This document shows positions 19,902 to 29,242 of a stretch of DNA of 64,000 nucleotides, in pieces. Made by a program: the position numbers and the translations under genes. Position 1 is the stretch's first letter, and the number at the start of each line of letters is the position of its first letter. Source of the DNA: a virus (lineage: Duplodnaviria > Caudoviricetes); IMG/VR virus record IMGVR_UViG_3300020718_000009, positions 39,299-103,298 of that record, one strand, 5' to 3'. The notes under the pieces are model-generated. The model was not told the origin of the DNA and did not search any database. It was given only the letters and a program-made list of their open reading frames with translations.

Positions 19902-21001
19902 TGGGTCAAGCACAATACAATCTTAATACTAAGACTGACTACTTACATCGCAAGATGTTCTTAGATCCAGCGGGCCCAGTTACTATTCAACGTTTCGAAG
20001 AAGTTAAGTATAACAAACTCACAAAGTTTGAACAAGAAGCTCGTGGATTCTTTTGGGTGCCAGAAGAAATCTCTCTTACTAAAGATGCTAACGATTTTAA
20101 AGAAGCGTCAGATACAGTTCGTCATATCTTTACTAGTAACCTGCTTAGACAAACAGCATTAGACAGTATCCAAGGCCGTGGCCCAAGTCAAATTTTTACT
20201 CCAGTATGTTCTATTCCTGAACTAGAAGCATTAATGTATGCTTGGACTTTCTTTGAAACAAATATTCACAGTCGTAGTTACAGTCATATCATTCGTAATA
20301 TCTATAATGTACCTAAAGATATTTTTAACACTATTCACGACACACAACAAATTATTGACATGGCAAGTAGCATTGGCCTTTACTATGACAAACTACATAT
20401 GATTAATTGTCGTAAAGAGTTGTTGGAAAAGTTTGACGAACAATTACACATCAATGCTATCTGGTTGGCACTCAACGCAAGTTACGGACTAGAAGCATTT
20501 CGCTTTATGGTATCGTTTGCCACAAGTTTAGCCATGGTAGAGAATCGTATCTTTATTGGCAACGGTAATATTATTAGTCTGATCCTTCAAGATGAAATCC
20601 TACACAAGGATTGGACCGCTTGGTTAATCAATCAAGTGGTCAAAGAAGATCCACGCTTTGCTCGCGCCAAGATAGAATGTGAAGCGGAAGTCTATCAAAT
20701 GTATTTAGATGTCATACGCGAAGAAAAACAATGGGCTGATTATTTGTTTAATCGAGGACCGGTTATCGGTCTAAACGCAAACATTCTTAAAGAGTTTGTT
20801 GACTACACAGCCGCCGGTGCATTAAAAGAGATTGGTATTAAATATCAAACTCCGGCGCCAAAAACAACACCCATTCCTTGGTTTAACAAACATGTGAATG
20901 TTAGTAATAAACAGACGGCACTACAAGAATCGGAATCAACAAACTATGTCATCGGAGTAATGGGCGACACCTTAGACTACGATGCATTACCGAACTTATA
21001 A
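19901..21001 (+). CDS. nrdB: Ribonucleotide reductase class Ia beta subunit
   Basis: FFWVPEEI, QTALDSIQGR, ETNIHSRSY, LEAFRFMVSFA and DEILH. Confidence 0.96.
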   Translation: MGQAQYNLNTKTDYLHRKMFLDPAGPVTIQRFEEVKYNKLTKFEQEARGFFWVPEEISLTKDANDFKEASDTVRHIFTSNLLRQTALDSIQGRGPSQIFTPVCSIPELEALMYAWTFFETNIHSRSYSHIIRNIYNVPKDIFNTIHDTQQIIDMASSIGLYYDKLHMINCRKELLEKFDEQLHINAIWLALNASYGLEAFRFMVSFATSLAMVENRIFIGNGNIISLILQDEILHKDWTAWLINQVVKEDPRFARAKIECEAEVYQMYLDVIREEKQWADYLFNRGPVIGLNANILKEFVDYTAAGALKEIGIKYQTPAPKTTPIPWFNKHVNVSNKQTALQESESTNYVIGVMGDTLDYDALPNL

Positions 21002-21020
21002 TAATAAGGAGAATAATAAT

Positions 21021-21245
21021 ATGAAAGCAATAGTATGGTCAAAAAACTCGTGTACTTTTTGTTTACAAGCAAAAAGTCTATTATCGGCTAAAGGTATTGA
21101 ATTTGAAGAACGTAACATACAAAAAGATTGGACTCGAGAACAGTTATTGGAAGCAATACCTACTGCAAAAACTTTACCCCAGATCTTCTTAGACGATAAC
21201 TATATTGGCGGGTTTACAGAACTTCGCAAACATTTTCAAGGATAA
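21021..21245 (+). CDS. Glutaredoxin
   Basis: CTFC active site, TLPQIF and IGGF; AGGAG RBS. Confidence 0.92.
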   Translation: MKAIVWSKNSCTFCLQAKSLLSAKGIEFEERNIQKDWTREQLLEAIPTAKTLPQIFLDDNYIGGFTELRKHFQG

Positions 21246-21246
21246 T

Positions 21247-21549
21247 ATGAAACTAGAAACAGGTAAAGTATATACATTAAAACTACACAACGCCGATGAA
21301 GTTGTTGCCAAAATTATTGAAGATAACGAGGATAATATTGTAGTTACACAACCATTATCAGCGGTCCCTACTGAAAAAGGTGTACAGTTAATTTTTACAG
21401 TATTTACAGCAGACCCCAAGGAAAACATCACTATAAATAAGTCAGCAATCACAATGATTTGTAGTACTGCTGAACAAGTTAGTGATCATTACTTAGAAGC
21501 AACTACAGGAATTAAGGCAATTAGAAATAATAAAATATTAATGGGGTAG
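21247..21549 (+). CDS. Hypothetical protein (Sm-like fold possible)
   Basis: TLKLHNADEVVAKI pattern; in operon. Confidence 0.6.
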   Translation: MKLETGKVYTLKLHNADEVVAKIIEDNEDNIVVTQPLSAVPTEKGVQLIFTVFTADPKENITINKSAITMICSTAEQVSDHYLEATTGIKAIRNNKILMG

Positions 21550-21550
21550 T

Positions 21551-21823
21551 ATGGGAAGACAAATAGTCAGAGTTGGAGATGTAAATAGTGCCGGCGGAGC
21601 AGTAATATCTGGAACACAAACAGTTACCATGAATGGTCTAGCCATAGCACTCGACGGTTCTCCAGTTACTTGTCATACTCCTAACAAAGGAGAGCATGTT
21701 CATGCTCATTGTGTGGCCTCTGAATACAGTATTAAAATTGAAGGCAAAAGAGTAATTTATGTCGGAGATGTTGACAGCTGCGGACACGTTCGCATTCAAG
21801 GAAGTCCAACCATAGGTTCTTAA
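21551..21823 (+). CDS. PAAR-like baseplate spike tip protein
   Basis: RVGD...GG.V..G..TV.MNG; YVGDVDSCGH. Confidence 0.8.
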   Translation: MGRQIVRVGDVNSAGGAVISGTQTVTMNGLAIALDGSPVTCHTPNKGEHVHAHCVASEYSIKIEGKRVIYVGDVDSCGHVRIQGSPTIGS

Positions 21824-21824
21824 A

Positions 21825-22301
21825 ATGGCAAGTACACCAAGTTTATATACCCCCTTACAAATTAATGTTGTTTCCAGTTTATTGCAAAATCAAGGATTAG
21901 CAGCAAATTCTGTTTTTACGGCTGCGGTTAATTCATACACTTCATCCTTAATTGCTCCACTTATACAAACTGTAGCTATAGTTGGTTCTGGTGGATCAGT
22001 TCAAGCAGGATCTCCTCCCGGAGCATCGCCAGCAATAATGACGCCTGAAATTGCGAGCCAGCTATTGACATTGGGTGCTACCACTTGTCCAGCATTAGGC
22101 GATAGTATCCCCGCCGCCAATGCCGCCAGTTGGCCATCTGAATTAATGTCTACTTTGATTGGCACTACTGCTAATTCATACATAGGTAACGGGGATTTAA
22201 GTAAATTTTGTCAGGCAGTGTCGTCAGCACAAGCCTATGCCAGCATAACAAATCAAACTATTAATACCGCTCTTAATAGTCAAACATATTTAGGACAATA
22301 A
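21825..22301 (+). CDS. Virion (tail/baseplate) protein
   Basis: Ser/Ala/Thr-rich; CPALGDSIP; follows PAAR gene. Confidence 0.55.
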   Translation: MASTPSLYTPLQINVVSSLLQNQGLAANSVFTAAVNSYTSSLIAPLIQTVAIVGSGGSVQAGSPPGASPAIMTPEIASQLLTLGATTCPALGDSIPAANAASWPSELMSTLIGTTANSYIGNGDLSKFCQAVSSAQAYASITNQTINTALNSQTYLGQ

Positions 22302-22303
22302 TA

Positions 22304-22855
22304 ATGACTAGCACTTTTACTAATATGAATGATATGGTAAGCGGCGGAATTACCGGCGTTAATATTTGTACAACACAATGGGGCGAAGATTTAAAAAATC
22401 TTGGATCATTAATCAATTTAGCTAATCTTGGCAGTTTAGGTACACCGTTAGCATTAATACAACAACTTGCATCTGTTGGTGGAATTATTTCAGAAATTTC
22501 ATTGGCATTTGACACTGCCGGGGTTTTTCCTGACACTATTATCAAATTAAGTAATTCAAATAATTCAAATGTTACAGTAACTACAGCCGAACAAGCTGCT
22601 ATGTATCAAGCCATGACAACAATTACAGGAACAACCCTTGCACAAATATTACAATTACTAGGTGTTACAACAGCCAATATTAATACTATGGCTGATTTGC
22701 TCAACCCGTACAAAATATTTCCTAACAGTTTTCAAACATTAACTGTAACCGGAGTTAATGGTGTAAGTCAAAATATTTATCTTAATTCTAACGGAACTGT
22801 AAACGCTACAATAAAAAATACTTTACCTAAAATATCATTGAGTTCCTTAACATGA
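22304..22855 (+). CDS. Virion (tail/baseplate) protein
   Basis: TFTNMND, LGTPLALIQQ and LLNPYKIFPNSFQTL. Confidence 0.55.
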   Translation: MTSTFTNMNDMVSGGITGVNICTTQWGEDLKNLGSLINLANLGSLGTPLALIQQLASVGGIISEISLAFDTAGVFPDTIIKLSNSNNSNVTVTTAEQAAMYQAMTTITGTTLAQILQLLGVTTANINTMADLLNPYKIFPNSFQTLTVTGVNGVSQNIYLNSNGTVNATIKNTLPKISLSSLT

Positions 22856-24096
22856 CATCAGTTTTTGTAACAACTCCTTTGGACCAATTAACTCAGATGA
22901 TACCGCCAGATCAAGCTCTGGCTAATAAAGCATTGGCGGTATCAATGTTACAAATAACTAATATCAGTACTTTATCATTACCTGTGTTTGCAGCCGCAGT
23001 GGCAAATGTACAAACAATGTATGGGTTATCTTTAGTTAATGCTCAAACATCGGCGGTAAATCCAGCAACTGTAAATAATCTTGTGGCTAGCGCAGGAAGT
23101 GGAACTGGTGCTAATGGTACCGTATATATAAACAATCTTTTAGGCACAGTTGCTGGTACTGTGGTGGCTAATGCTTTATCAAATACAGTAACTATAATTA
23201 ATTCGTTATCAACTGCCGGATTAACACAAGTATATCAAGATATGTTGAATACTGTTACTGGGGCTTATGGCAACCCTATTGCTGGGCCCATTGTAATTCC
23301 AAGCGGACCAGCAGCTGGCACATATCCAGCGGCTAGAGCTGCTAGTTTAGCATTCGGGACAGCCGCATCGGGCACTACAGCCGCTACAGGCAGAATAATA
23401 TTTTTAGCCAACACGGTAACTACACAAGGTATCCTTCCAGGAGCATTGGTAACATTTAATACTAATCTTCCGGCTAATGTTCAAACTACGCAATCAGTAC
23501 TAAGTCTTGACACATCAAACCCATCACTGATAGGTTTAGTGTTTAGCCCTAACTTAAATAAAACTCCGGGATTTCCTATTAAGATTACAAATGTACCAGC
23601 TACGAGTATTCTTTTGGCCACAGCAGCATCTGTGGCATTTAGTGGAGAAAACGTTTCACAAAGCTCTACGTCACCGTCAGGACCAGGATTGATTCCGGCC
23701 GCACAAACTGCTATTGCCAGCTTAGTAAATACCAATTTAAATTCCAATTGGGCAAACATTATGACAGAGTTAACTTTAGAACAAACCAATCAAAAAAAAG
23801 CTGGTTTAGATTTTACACAGTTACAAAGCAATAATACTCCTGCGATTTACGGATTTGTTTCATCATTGCCACAGTATGGACAAGATACTGCCGTAGGTGG
23901 TATGAATCAATTTATTCAATCACTGGTGACTAACAATTTAGGTGGGCAATCTATTACCGCTGTAATGCGACAAGGACAAACAAATTTAGGAAGCACTGGT
24001 ATTGCATCCGATGCGCAGATTCCGGTAGCGCCAAGCACACCTCCTCCGACAGCAACAAACGTACCTCCCGCAGAATATCCTTACCCACAAGTTTAA
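22852..24096 (+). CDS. Virion (tail/baseplate) protein
   Basis: IPPDQALANKAL, GSGTGANGT and IPSGPAAGTY; very few charged residues. Confidence 0.55.
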   Translation: MTSVFVTTPLDQLTQMIPPDQALANKALAVSMLQITNISTLSLPVFAAAVANVQTMYGLSLVNAQTSAVNPATVNNLVASAGSGTGANGTVYINNLLGTVAGTVVANALSNTVTIINSLSTAGLTQVYQDMLNTVTGAYGNPIAGPIVIPSGPAAGTYPAARAASLAFGTAASGTTAATGRIIFLANTVTTQGILPGALVTFNTNLPANVQTTQSVLSLDTSNPSLIGLVFSPNLNKTPGFPIKITNVPATSILLATAASVAFSGENVSQSSTSPSGPGLIPAAQTAIASLVNTNLNSNWANIMTELTLEQTNQKKAGLDFTQLQSNNTPAIYGFVSSLPQYGQDTAVGGMNQFIQSLVTNNLGGQSITAVMRQGQTNLGSTGIASDAQIPVAPSTPPPTATNVPPAEYPYPQV

Positions 24097-24117
24097 CTTT
24101 CCCACTAAAATAACTTC

Positions 24118-24133
24118 GTTGTTTTAAAACAAC
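24118..24133. promoter_or_regulatory. Palindromic operator GTTGT-N6-ACAAC
   Basis: One of six copies, each upstream of a sigma70 promoter. Confidence 0.6.
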
Positions 24134-24137
24134 ATTA

Positions 24138-24166
24138 AAGCTCTAATAATCAATAGAGCTTTTTTT
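24138..24166 (+). terminator. Probable terminator
   Basis: AAGCTCTA...TAGAGCTT plus T run. Confidence 0.6.
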
Positions 24167-24168
24167 GG

Positions 24169-24197
24169 TTGACGATAAATTCCAAATGCCATACAAT
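24169..24197 (+). promoter_or_regulatory. sigma70 promoter
   Basis: TTGACG-17-TACAAT. Confidence 0.75.
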
Positions 24198-24226
24198 AGC
24201 ATTATTGTAACTATTTTAGGGTAGTA

Positions 24227-24754
24227 ATGAATAATCGCATTTTATCAATTATAGCATTTATTTTTCTTGCTATTATATTAATTCGATCAGAAATGCGTAT
24301 GGACCGCATCGAAGAAAAATTAGATGACATTGTTCAAACTAAAGAAACTATCAAATATACACCAAAGGATGTTGAGTGTCTAACTAAAAATATCTACTAC
24401 GAAGCAGGTATAGAAGACCGTATTGGAAAATACGCAGTTGCTAATATCACTATTAATCGTATAAAATCTGGGTACTGGGGTAAAGATGTTTGTAGAGTAG
24501 TGTATGCCAAAAAACAATTTTCGTGGACGTTAAAAAAACAATTGCCAAAACCTAATCAAAAATTATGGCAAGAATCTCAAAACATTGCCCTTGACGTATT
24601 ATCTGGAGCAAGAGTTAGAGGCTTGGCACGCAGCCTATATTATCATGCCAATTATATACGCCAACCTTATTGGGTTGATACTACTGAACACGTCTTAACT
24701 ATTGGACGACATATATTTTATAATCGAGCTAAAAACTCTAATGTCTACATATAA
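24227..24754 (+). CDS. SleB-like cell wall hydrolase (Hydrolase_2)
   Basis: N-terminal TM; CLTKNIYYEA, AVANITINR, QFSW, YYHA and IGRHIFY. Confidence 0.88.
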   Translation: MNNRILSIIAFIFLAIILIRSEMRMDRIEEKLDDIVQTKETIKYTPKDVECLTKNIYYEAGIEDRIGKYAVANITINRIKSGYWGKDVCRVVYAKKQFSWTLKKQLPKPNQKLWQESQNIALDVLSGARVRGLARSLYYHANYIRQPYWVDTTEHVLTIGRHIFYNRAKNSNVYI

Positions 24755-24761
24755 AATGAAT

Positions 24762-24840
24762 GTTGTATTTTTACAACACTATTTTGATTGACATTTAATT
24801 CCAATTAACGTATAATAGTTGTATAGTTAATAAAAAGGAG
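24762..24840 (+). promoter_or_regulatory. Operator + consensus sigma70 promoter + RBS
   Basis: GTTGT-N6-ACAAC 24762-24777; TTGACA-17-TATAAT 24788-24816; AAGGAG. Confidence 0.85.
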
Positions 24841-24846
24841 CCGCAA

Positions 24847-25197
24847 ATGACACAAAAAATCAACAACATTATTCAAGTTAATACAATCGTGAACGAAGCC
24901 AAACAGGCCGCTCGCGAAGCTGCCGAAAAGTTCTTCCAAGAAAAATTGGGCGGTGTGGATCAGTACTCGTGTGGTTTTGCTTGGGTAGATATTTTTGGTA
25001 TCAAAGGCAACACTAAGTTGGGCAAGGCTTTTAAAGCCGCCGGTGTACGCAAGAGCTACACAGGTTCATACCAAATTTGGAATCCAGCAGGTTTGGGTGT
25101 ACAGAATATCGATACCTTAGAAGCTGGGGCCGAAGCGGCTGCCAAAGTTTTTGAAAAATACGGTTTCCAGGCCTATGCTGGCTCGAGGTTGGATTGA
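24847..25197 (+). CDS. Early hypothetical protein
   Basis: Strong promoter and RBS; CGFAWV motif. Confidence 0.8.
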   Translation: MTQKINNIIQVNTIVNEAKQAAREAAEKFFQEKLGGVDQYSCGFAWVDIFGIKGNTKLGKAFKAAGVRKSYTGSYQIWNPAGLGVQNIDTLEAGAEAAAKVFEKYGFQAYAGSRLD

Positions 25198-25201
25198 TAG
25201 G

Positions 25202-25254
25202 TTGACCATTAATTCCAGAACTGTTAAACTGTATTCATAGTTAATAAAAAGGAG
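25202..25254 (+). promoter_or_regulatory. sigma70 promoter + RBS
   Basis: TTGACC-17-TAAACT; ATAGTTAATAAAAAGGAG leader shared with the 24788 promoter. Confidence 0.75.
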
Positions 25255-25260
25255 CTCAAA

Positions 25261-25638
25261 ATGATGCTAGTTATTCGTACACAATTTATGGAAAACTACG
25301 GTGCTCATGATTGGGACGGTAAAGGCGAATGTCCTCAATATTGGAAATTCAAAGGTGGTAGCGAGTACAAAATTACTGGCGTAGACGTTACAGCCGATCC
25401 AGAAGATTTTATCAATCTTGCCGATGTTGAGTTTAGCTCTGAAGGTGCTCGCGAATATATTCTGGGCTACTCCTTTGAAGAAGATGACTATTTGTCAGAC
25501 TTTGAAAAGTCACAGTTAGAATATGATGGTCATATTGCTTACCCGGAGCCACATTTAAGTTGGGAAGAAATGGAAGCACAGGTTATGTCTTCAAGTACCG
25601 AGATGGTATTCAATCGCGAAGCTAAGGAGTTGGCATAA
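25261..25638 (+). CDS. Early acidic hypothetical protein
   Basis: ENYGAHDWDG..CPQYWKFKGG; RBS. Confidence 0.8.
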   Translation: MMLVIRTQFMENYGAHDWDGKGECPQYWKFKGGSEYKITGVDVTADPEDFINLADVEFSSEGAREYILGYSFEEDDYLSDFEKSQLEYDGHIAYPEPHLSWEEMEAQVMSSSTEMVFNREAKELA

Positions 25639-25949
25639 TGGATTACAAAAATGACAAAGACTGGGATAAGTTCATACGTAAGGCTATGAACGATGTTCCG
25701 TCTAACGATGACAAATATACGACTCCTAAATTTGTTTGGCGCGACGCACTCAAAAAAGAAGTTGAACAAGCTCAGTTGCAAAAAGAATATAAAATTTCTT
25801 ACAAAATGAAACCAGAAGATATTATGTCTTTTGTATCTGGATTACACAATATACAATTGGATATGATTGAAACTGTTGTAATGAGAAAAGAACGTGAAGG
25901 TTTTCCTGAAGCTAGCGCCGTAATTAAACACATTATGGAGAAAAAATGA
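25638..25949 (+). CDS. Hypothetical protein
   Basis: AAGGAG RBS; TAATG coupling. Confidence 0.7.
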   Translation: MDYKNDKDWDKFIRKAMNDVPSNDDKYTTPKFVWRDALKKEVEQAQLQKEYKISYKMKPEDIMSFVSGLHNIQLDMIETVVMRKEREGFPEASAVIKHIMEKK

Positions 25950-26233
25950 ACTATACTTTTATCGGTTGGTGTAAGGAAGAAAACCACGATAAAGTGTGGG
26001 GAGCCATTGAACTCGGCAAAGTCCATTATGTTACATTTTGGGGTCGTCGAGGTAAAAAATTACAAACTAAATCGATTGTCATTAGTCCGTACCACATGAC
26101 AAAAATGATTAATGAAAAAACAAAAAAAGGCTATGTTAGAGTTGATAAAGATAATTTGGATAAAGTATATCCTGAGTTTGAAAAAGATTTAGAGCAAACG
26201 GCTATGTGGTCAATGTTAAAAGGAACAATATGA
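25946..26233 (+). CDS. WGR-domain-like protein
   Basis: KVWG...FWGRRG...EKTKKGY. Confidence 0.65.
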   Translation: MNYTFIGWCKEENHDKVWGAIELGKVHYVTFWGRRGKKLQTKSIVISPYHMTKMINEKTKKGYVRVDKDNLDKVYPEFEKDLEQTAMWSMLKGTI

Positions 26234-26400
26234 AACAAGGATCCTTCCGACATTGGTGTACTGAAAAATGGTACGAGCATCTAGATGAAATGTTATCCTA
26301 TGGACAAAAATCAGATATAGCAAATAGCGCAGAATATTTTAGAAAATATAAATTTTGGTTAAAGCGGGAATATAAACACCAAGAGGGACAAAGTAAATAA
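26230..26400 (+). CDS. Small hypothetical protein
   Basis: AAGGA RBS; ATGA coupling. Confidence 0.65.
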   Translation: MKQGSFRHWCTEKWYEHLDEMLSYGQKSDIANSAEYFRKYKFWLKREYKHQEGQSK

Positions 26401-26401
26401 T

Positions 26402-27784
26402 ATGAGTAATACAATAGACTTTGAGTCTACACAATTCGAAGGAATCAAATTGGCGGCAGATTGGATACGCGATCTTGAAAGTAGCGATAGCAGATTGCAC
26501 AAGGAAGCAGTAATTGAAAAAGCATTGATGGCGGCCAAACTTGGTTCTTCAAATGCTCAATGTTTCTTGTTTAATTGTTATCAAGCATACAACCCTTATT
26601 ACGTTTTTGGCGTTAAGAAGGTGCCTGAAACTGAAGGTTTAGATCATAAACCAAATCCATGGCCTAAGTTTTGGGGATTATGTGAAGCCCTACGCACTCG
26701 TAGCGTTACTGGACATAATGCTCGCGATGCTATTCAAGAAATAGCAGAACAATTTGATTCTGAAGAATGGAATAATCTAGCACGTCGTGTTCTTATTAAA
26801 GATTTACGATGTGGAATCACAGAACGTACACTTAATAAAGTGTTAGGTAAAACTGAGTGGGCCATTCCTGTATTTGAATGCCAGCTTGCCACAGATTCAA
26901 ACAAACACGTCGCTAAAATGACAGGAGTTAAGCGCCTTGAGCAAAAGTTAGATGGTGTTCGTGTACTGGCAATGTGTACTAAAAATACCACAATACTGTA
27001 TAGTCGCAATGGAAAATCATTTCAAAATTTTCCACATATTGTTGATGCCATTGATGATATTAAAAATAAGTTTGCTAAACTATTTCAAAAATATCCTAAG
27101 GGATTTGTATTTGACGGAGAAGTTATTGGTGCCAGTTTTCAAGCACTAATGAAACAAGCTCAACGTAAAACAGATGTTGACTCTAGTGATTTAGTTTATA
27201 GTATATTTGATTTTATTCCGTTAGAAGATTTTGAACGCGGTTATTGGAATAGTCAACAGCGCAAACGGATGGTTATATTAGATGGCTGTCGCGATGCCGT
27301 TGACTCTACCAACTGTATTCGCATTATGGATGGCATAGAAGTTGATTTGAGTATTTCCGAAGGACACGATATATTACGTCGCTATGCTAACGATGCCGTA
27401 GTTGCGGGGTTTGAAGGCATTATGATTAAAGATTTAGAAGCTCCGTACGAATGCAAACGGTCAACTTTTTGGATGAAATGGAAACCAGTCATTACAGTTG
27501 ACTTAAATATCATTGGGTTTGAAGAAGGCACTGGCCGTAATGCGGGCAGACTTGGCGCATTTATTTGTGAAGGTGTAGATGATAATAGAAACATTAGGGT
27601 CAATGTTGGTAGTGGGCTTACTGATGACGATAGGGTTAGTTACTGGGACAATGCTGATCAGCTTATTGGTGATGTCGTTGAAGTGGCTGCTGATGCGGTT
27701 ACACAAAACCAAGACGGCACCTACAGTTTAAGGTTCCCACGGTTTGTACGATTCCGCGGATTCGAACCTGGTGAAAAATTATAA
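26402..27784 (+). CDS. ATP-dependent DNA ligase
   Basis: EQKLDGVR, FDGEV, FD, EGIMIK, WMKWK and LRFPRF. Confidence 0.95.
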   Translation: MSNTIDFESTQFEGIKLAADWIRDLESSDSRLHKEAVIEKALMAAKLGSSNAQCFLFNCYQAYNPYYVFGVKKVPETEGLDHKPNPWPKFWGLCEALRTRSVTGHNARDAIQEIAEQFDSEEWNNLARRVLIKDLRCGITERTLNKVLGKTEWAIPVFECQLATDSNKHVAKMTGVKRLEQKLDGVRVLAMCTKNTTILYSRNGKSFQNFPHIVDAIDDIKNKFAKLFQKYPKGFVFDGEVIGASFQALMKQAQRKTDVDSSDLVYSIFDFIPLEDFERGYWNSQQRKRMVILDGCRDAVDSTNCIRIMDGIEVDLSISEGHDILRRYANDAVVAGFEGIMIKDLEAPYECKRSTFWMKWKPVITVDLNIIGFEEGTGRNAGRLGAFICEGVDDNRNIRVNVGSGLTDDDRVSYWDNADQLIGDVVEVAADAVTQNQDGTYSLRFPRFVRFRGFEPGEKL

Positions 27785-27796
27785 AAGGAAAATAAT

Positions 27797-27964
27797 ATGG
27801 CAGTGAAATCGTGGTATTTAAGCGTAGTAGATTCAGCAACACATAAGCCAGTATTCAATAAAATGTTTTTCACTGCACCAGTAATGAATGCATTTATTAA
27901 GAGTGAAGAGATTTTGGAGAAGTATCCAAAACCGCAATACTATATTGTAAAGGAGAATTACTAA
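27797..27964 (+). CDS. 55-aa hypothetical protein (not in ORF track)
   Basis: AAGGA RBS; MAVKSWY...EKYPKPQYYIVKENY. Confidence 0.7.
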   Translation: MAVKSWYLSVVDSATHKPVFNKMFFTAPVMNAFIKSEEILEKYPKPQYYIVKENY

Positions 27965-28074
27965 TGTCACAAGATAAGAATGGAGTGGATTTCCCAGAGC
28001 AACAACTATATGGACGAATCTTCTTAATAGTATTAGTAATCGTGTTGGGTGTGCTTTGGTTTATATCTAACTGA
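27964..28074 (+). CDS. 36-aa single-TM peptide
   Basis: AGGAG RBS; MSQDK...IFLIVLVIVLGVLWFI. Confidence 0.6.
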   Translation: MSQDKNGVDFPEQQLYGRIFLIVLVIVLGVLWFISN

Positions 28075-28175
28075 TGAACGAAAAAATTCAATACCTTAAA
28101 CAAGTGGATGAAGAAAGCGGTATTGTAGAAAAGTATCCTAAGCCACAATACTATATTGTTAAAGAGAATTATTAA
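28074..28175 (+). CDS. 33-aa peptide sharing its C-terminus with 27797-27964
   Basis: Ends EKYPKPQYYIVKENY; TGATG and TAATG coupling. Confidence 0.45.
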   Translation: MNEKIQYLKQVDEESGIVEKYPKPQYYIVKENY

Positions 28176-28390
28176 TGGCTGAAGAAATACAACAAGAGTA
28201 TATGTTTCGCAATGATGTGCCTAGTTCAATTACTTGTATGGCAGCCGGCGAAGAAATGCTTAAAGTAGGACCTAACGGATTTTGGGTTAGGGGTGTAAAA
28301 GTAGAGCAAGATGCCGACGAAGCATTGAAAGTCTACGAAGGATTTAAAGCCTGGATGATGTGGGCACAAATGACAAGGGATTATCAATGA
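28175..28390 (+). CDS. Hypothetical protein
   Basis: EMLKVGPNGFWVRGVKVEQD; coupled. Confidence 0.7.
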   Translation: MAEEIQQEYMFRNDVPSSITCMAAGEEMLKVGPNGFWVRGVKVEQDADEALKVYEGFKAWMMWAQMTRDYQ

Positions 28391-28635
28391 AAGTAAAACG
28401 AAGAAAATTTAATATTTTTGAACTACTCGAAATCGAATGTTTAAAAAACGCAGAGTTAGGTCCAGTTGAGGAATTTATACTTACTCCTACAGAATTTAAA
28501 GAATTTGTAATCGATGCCAAAAATCGTCCACATACATCCTTTAAAAAAATAGAAGGCAGGCCAAACGATGAAGTTGGTGGAGATTGGACATATCGAGGCG
28601 CATTAATCAAGGTAAGTGGCAAACTTTTAGATTGA
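28387..28635 (+). CDS. Hypothetical protein
   Basis: ATGA-coupled start MKVKRR. Confidence 0.65.
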   Translation: MKVKRRKFNIFELLEIECLKNAELGPVEEFILTPTEFKEFVIDAKNRPHTSFKKIEGRPNDEVGGDWTYRGALIKVSGKLLD

Positions 28636-28660
28636 CCTTAGAGCTATTTGAGTATATAAT
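28632..28660 (+). promoter_or_regulatory. sigma70 promoter
   Basis: TTGACC-17-TATAAT. Confidence 0.7.
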
Positions 28661-28789
28661 TTATATTCGTTAGGGAGAAGTAGATGGTACTTGAAAATTG
28701 GTTAATCGAAGCTCTGCTTGTTATGGCTGGCGCACTTTCGATAATTTATATAGTATGCTGGTTTGTAACAAAATTCAAAGGGGATTAAA

Positions 28790-28999
28790 GTGGCAAAAAA
28801 ACAAATACAAAAAGTTGGCGATAAACTTACTAAAGTAAATGAAAATTTTACTATTAATATGTATGATAATGGTTTTATGATCGAAGTTGGCGGTCGCGAT
28901 AGTGACGAGGAATATCGCAATGCTAAAATTATGGTTCCTACCGTAGAGCAACTTCTTGAGCTAGTTAGAGAAGCAACTGAACTTCCAAGAGATGAATAA
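28790..28999 (+). CDS. Hypothetical protein
   Basis: GTG start with AGGGG RBS; YDNGFMIEVGG. Confidence 0.7.
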   Translation: MAKKQIQKVGDKLTKVNENFTINMYDNGFMIEVGGRDSDEEYRNAKIMVPTVEQLLELVREATELPRDE

Positions 29000-29029
29000 T
29001 GTTTAGAATTAGTTTTAGGTGAGTTAGAT

Positions 29030-29242
29030 ATGCTACACCCGGCTGTCGTAAAAATTATGAAAAACATATTGAAAACTAATTGGTATCCGGTTACTACTAA
29101 TCCTATACGGGCGGGATTATATGAGGTAAATATAAAATGTTGGCCGTGGCCTATTTTAGTAAAATGGTCTCGCAATAAAGGATGGAAAAATAATGCCGTT
29201 AATATTATACAATGGCGTGGATTAAAGGAAAAATTGAAATGA
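29030..29242 (+). CDS. Hypothetical protein
   Basis: WYP...P.R.G.YEV...WRGL pattern. Confidence 0.6.
   Translation: MLHPAVVKIMKNILKTNWYPVTTNPIRAGLYEVNIKCWPWPILVKWSRNKGWKNNAVNIIQWRGLKEKLK

Larger units (their letters stand above)
27917..28177 (+). repeat. Diverged 50-bp direct repeat (27917-27966 and 28128-28177)
   Basis: 7 mismatches, all at synonymous third positions. Confidence 0.85.

Noticed and set aside
22295-22310. Stop-codon reassignment or readthrough joining structural ORFs
   Set aside because: The adjacent ORFs are in different frames, and conserved genes end normally at TAA, TAG and TGA
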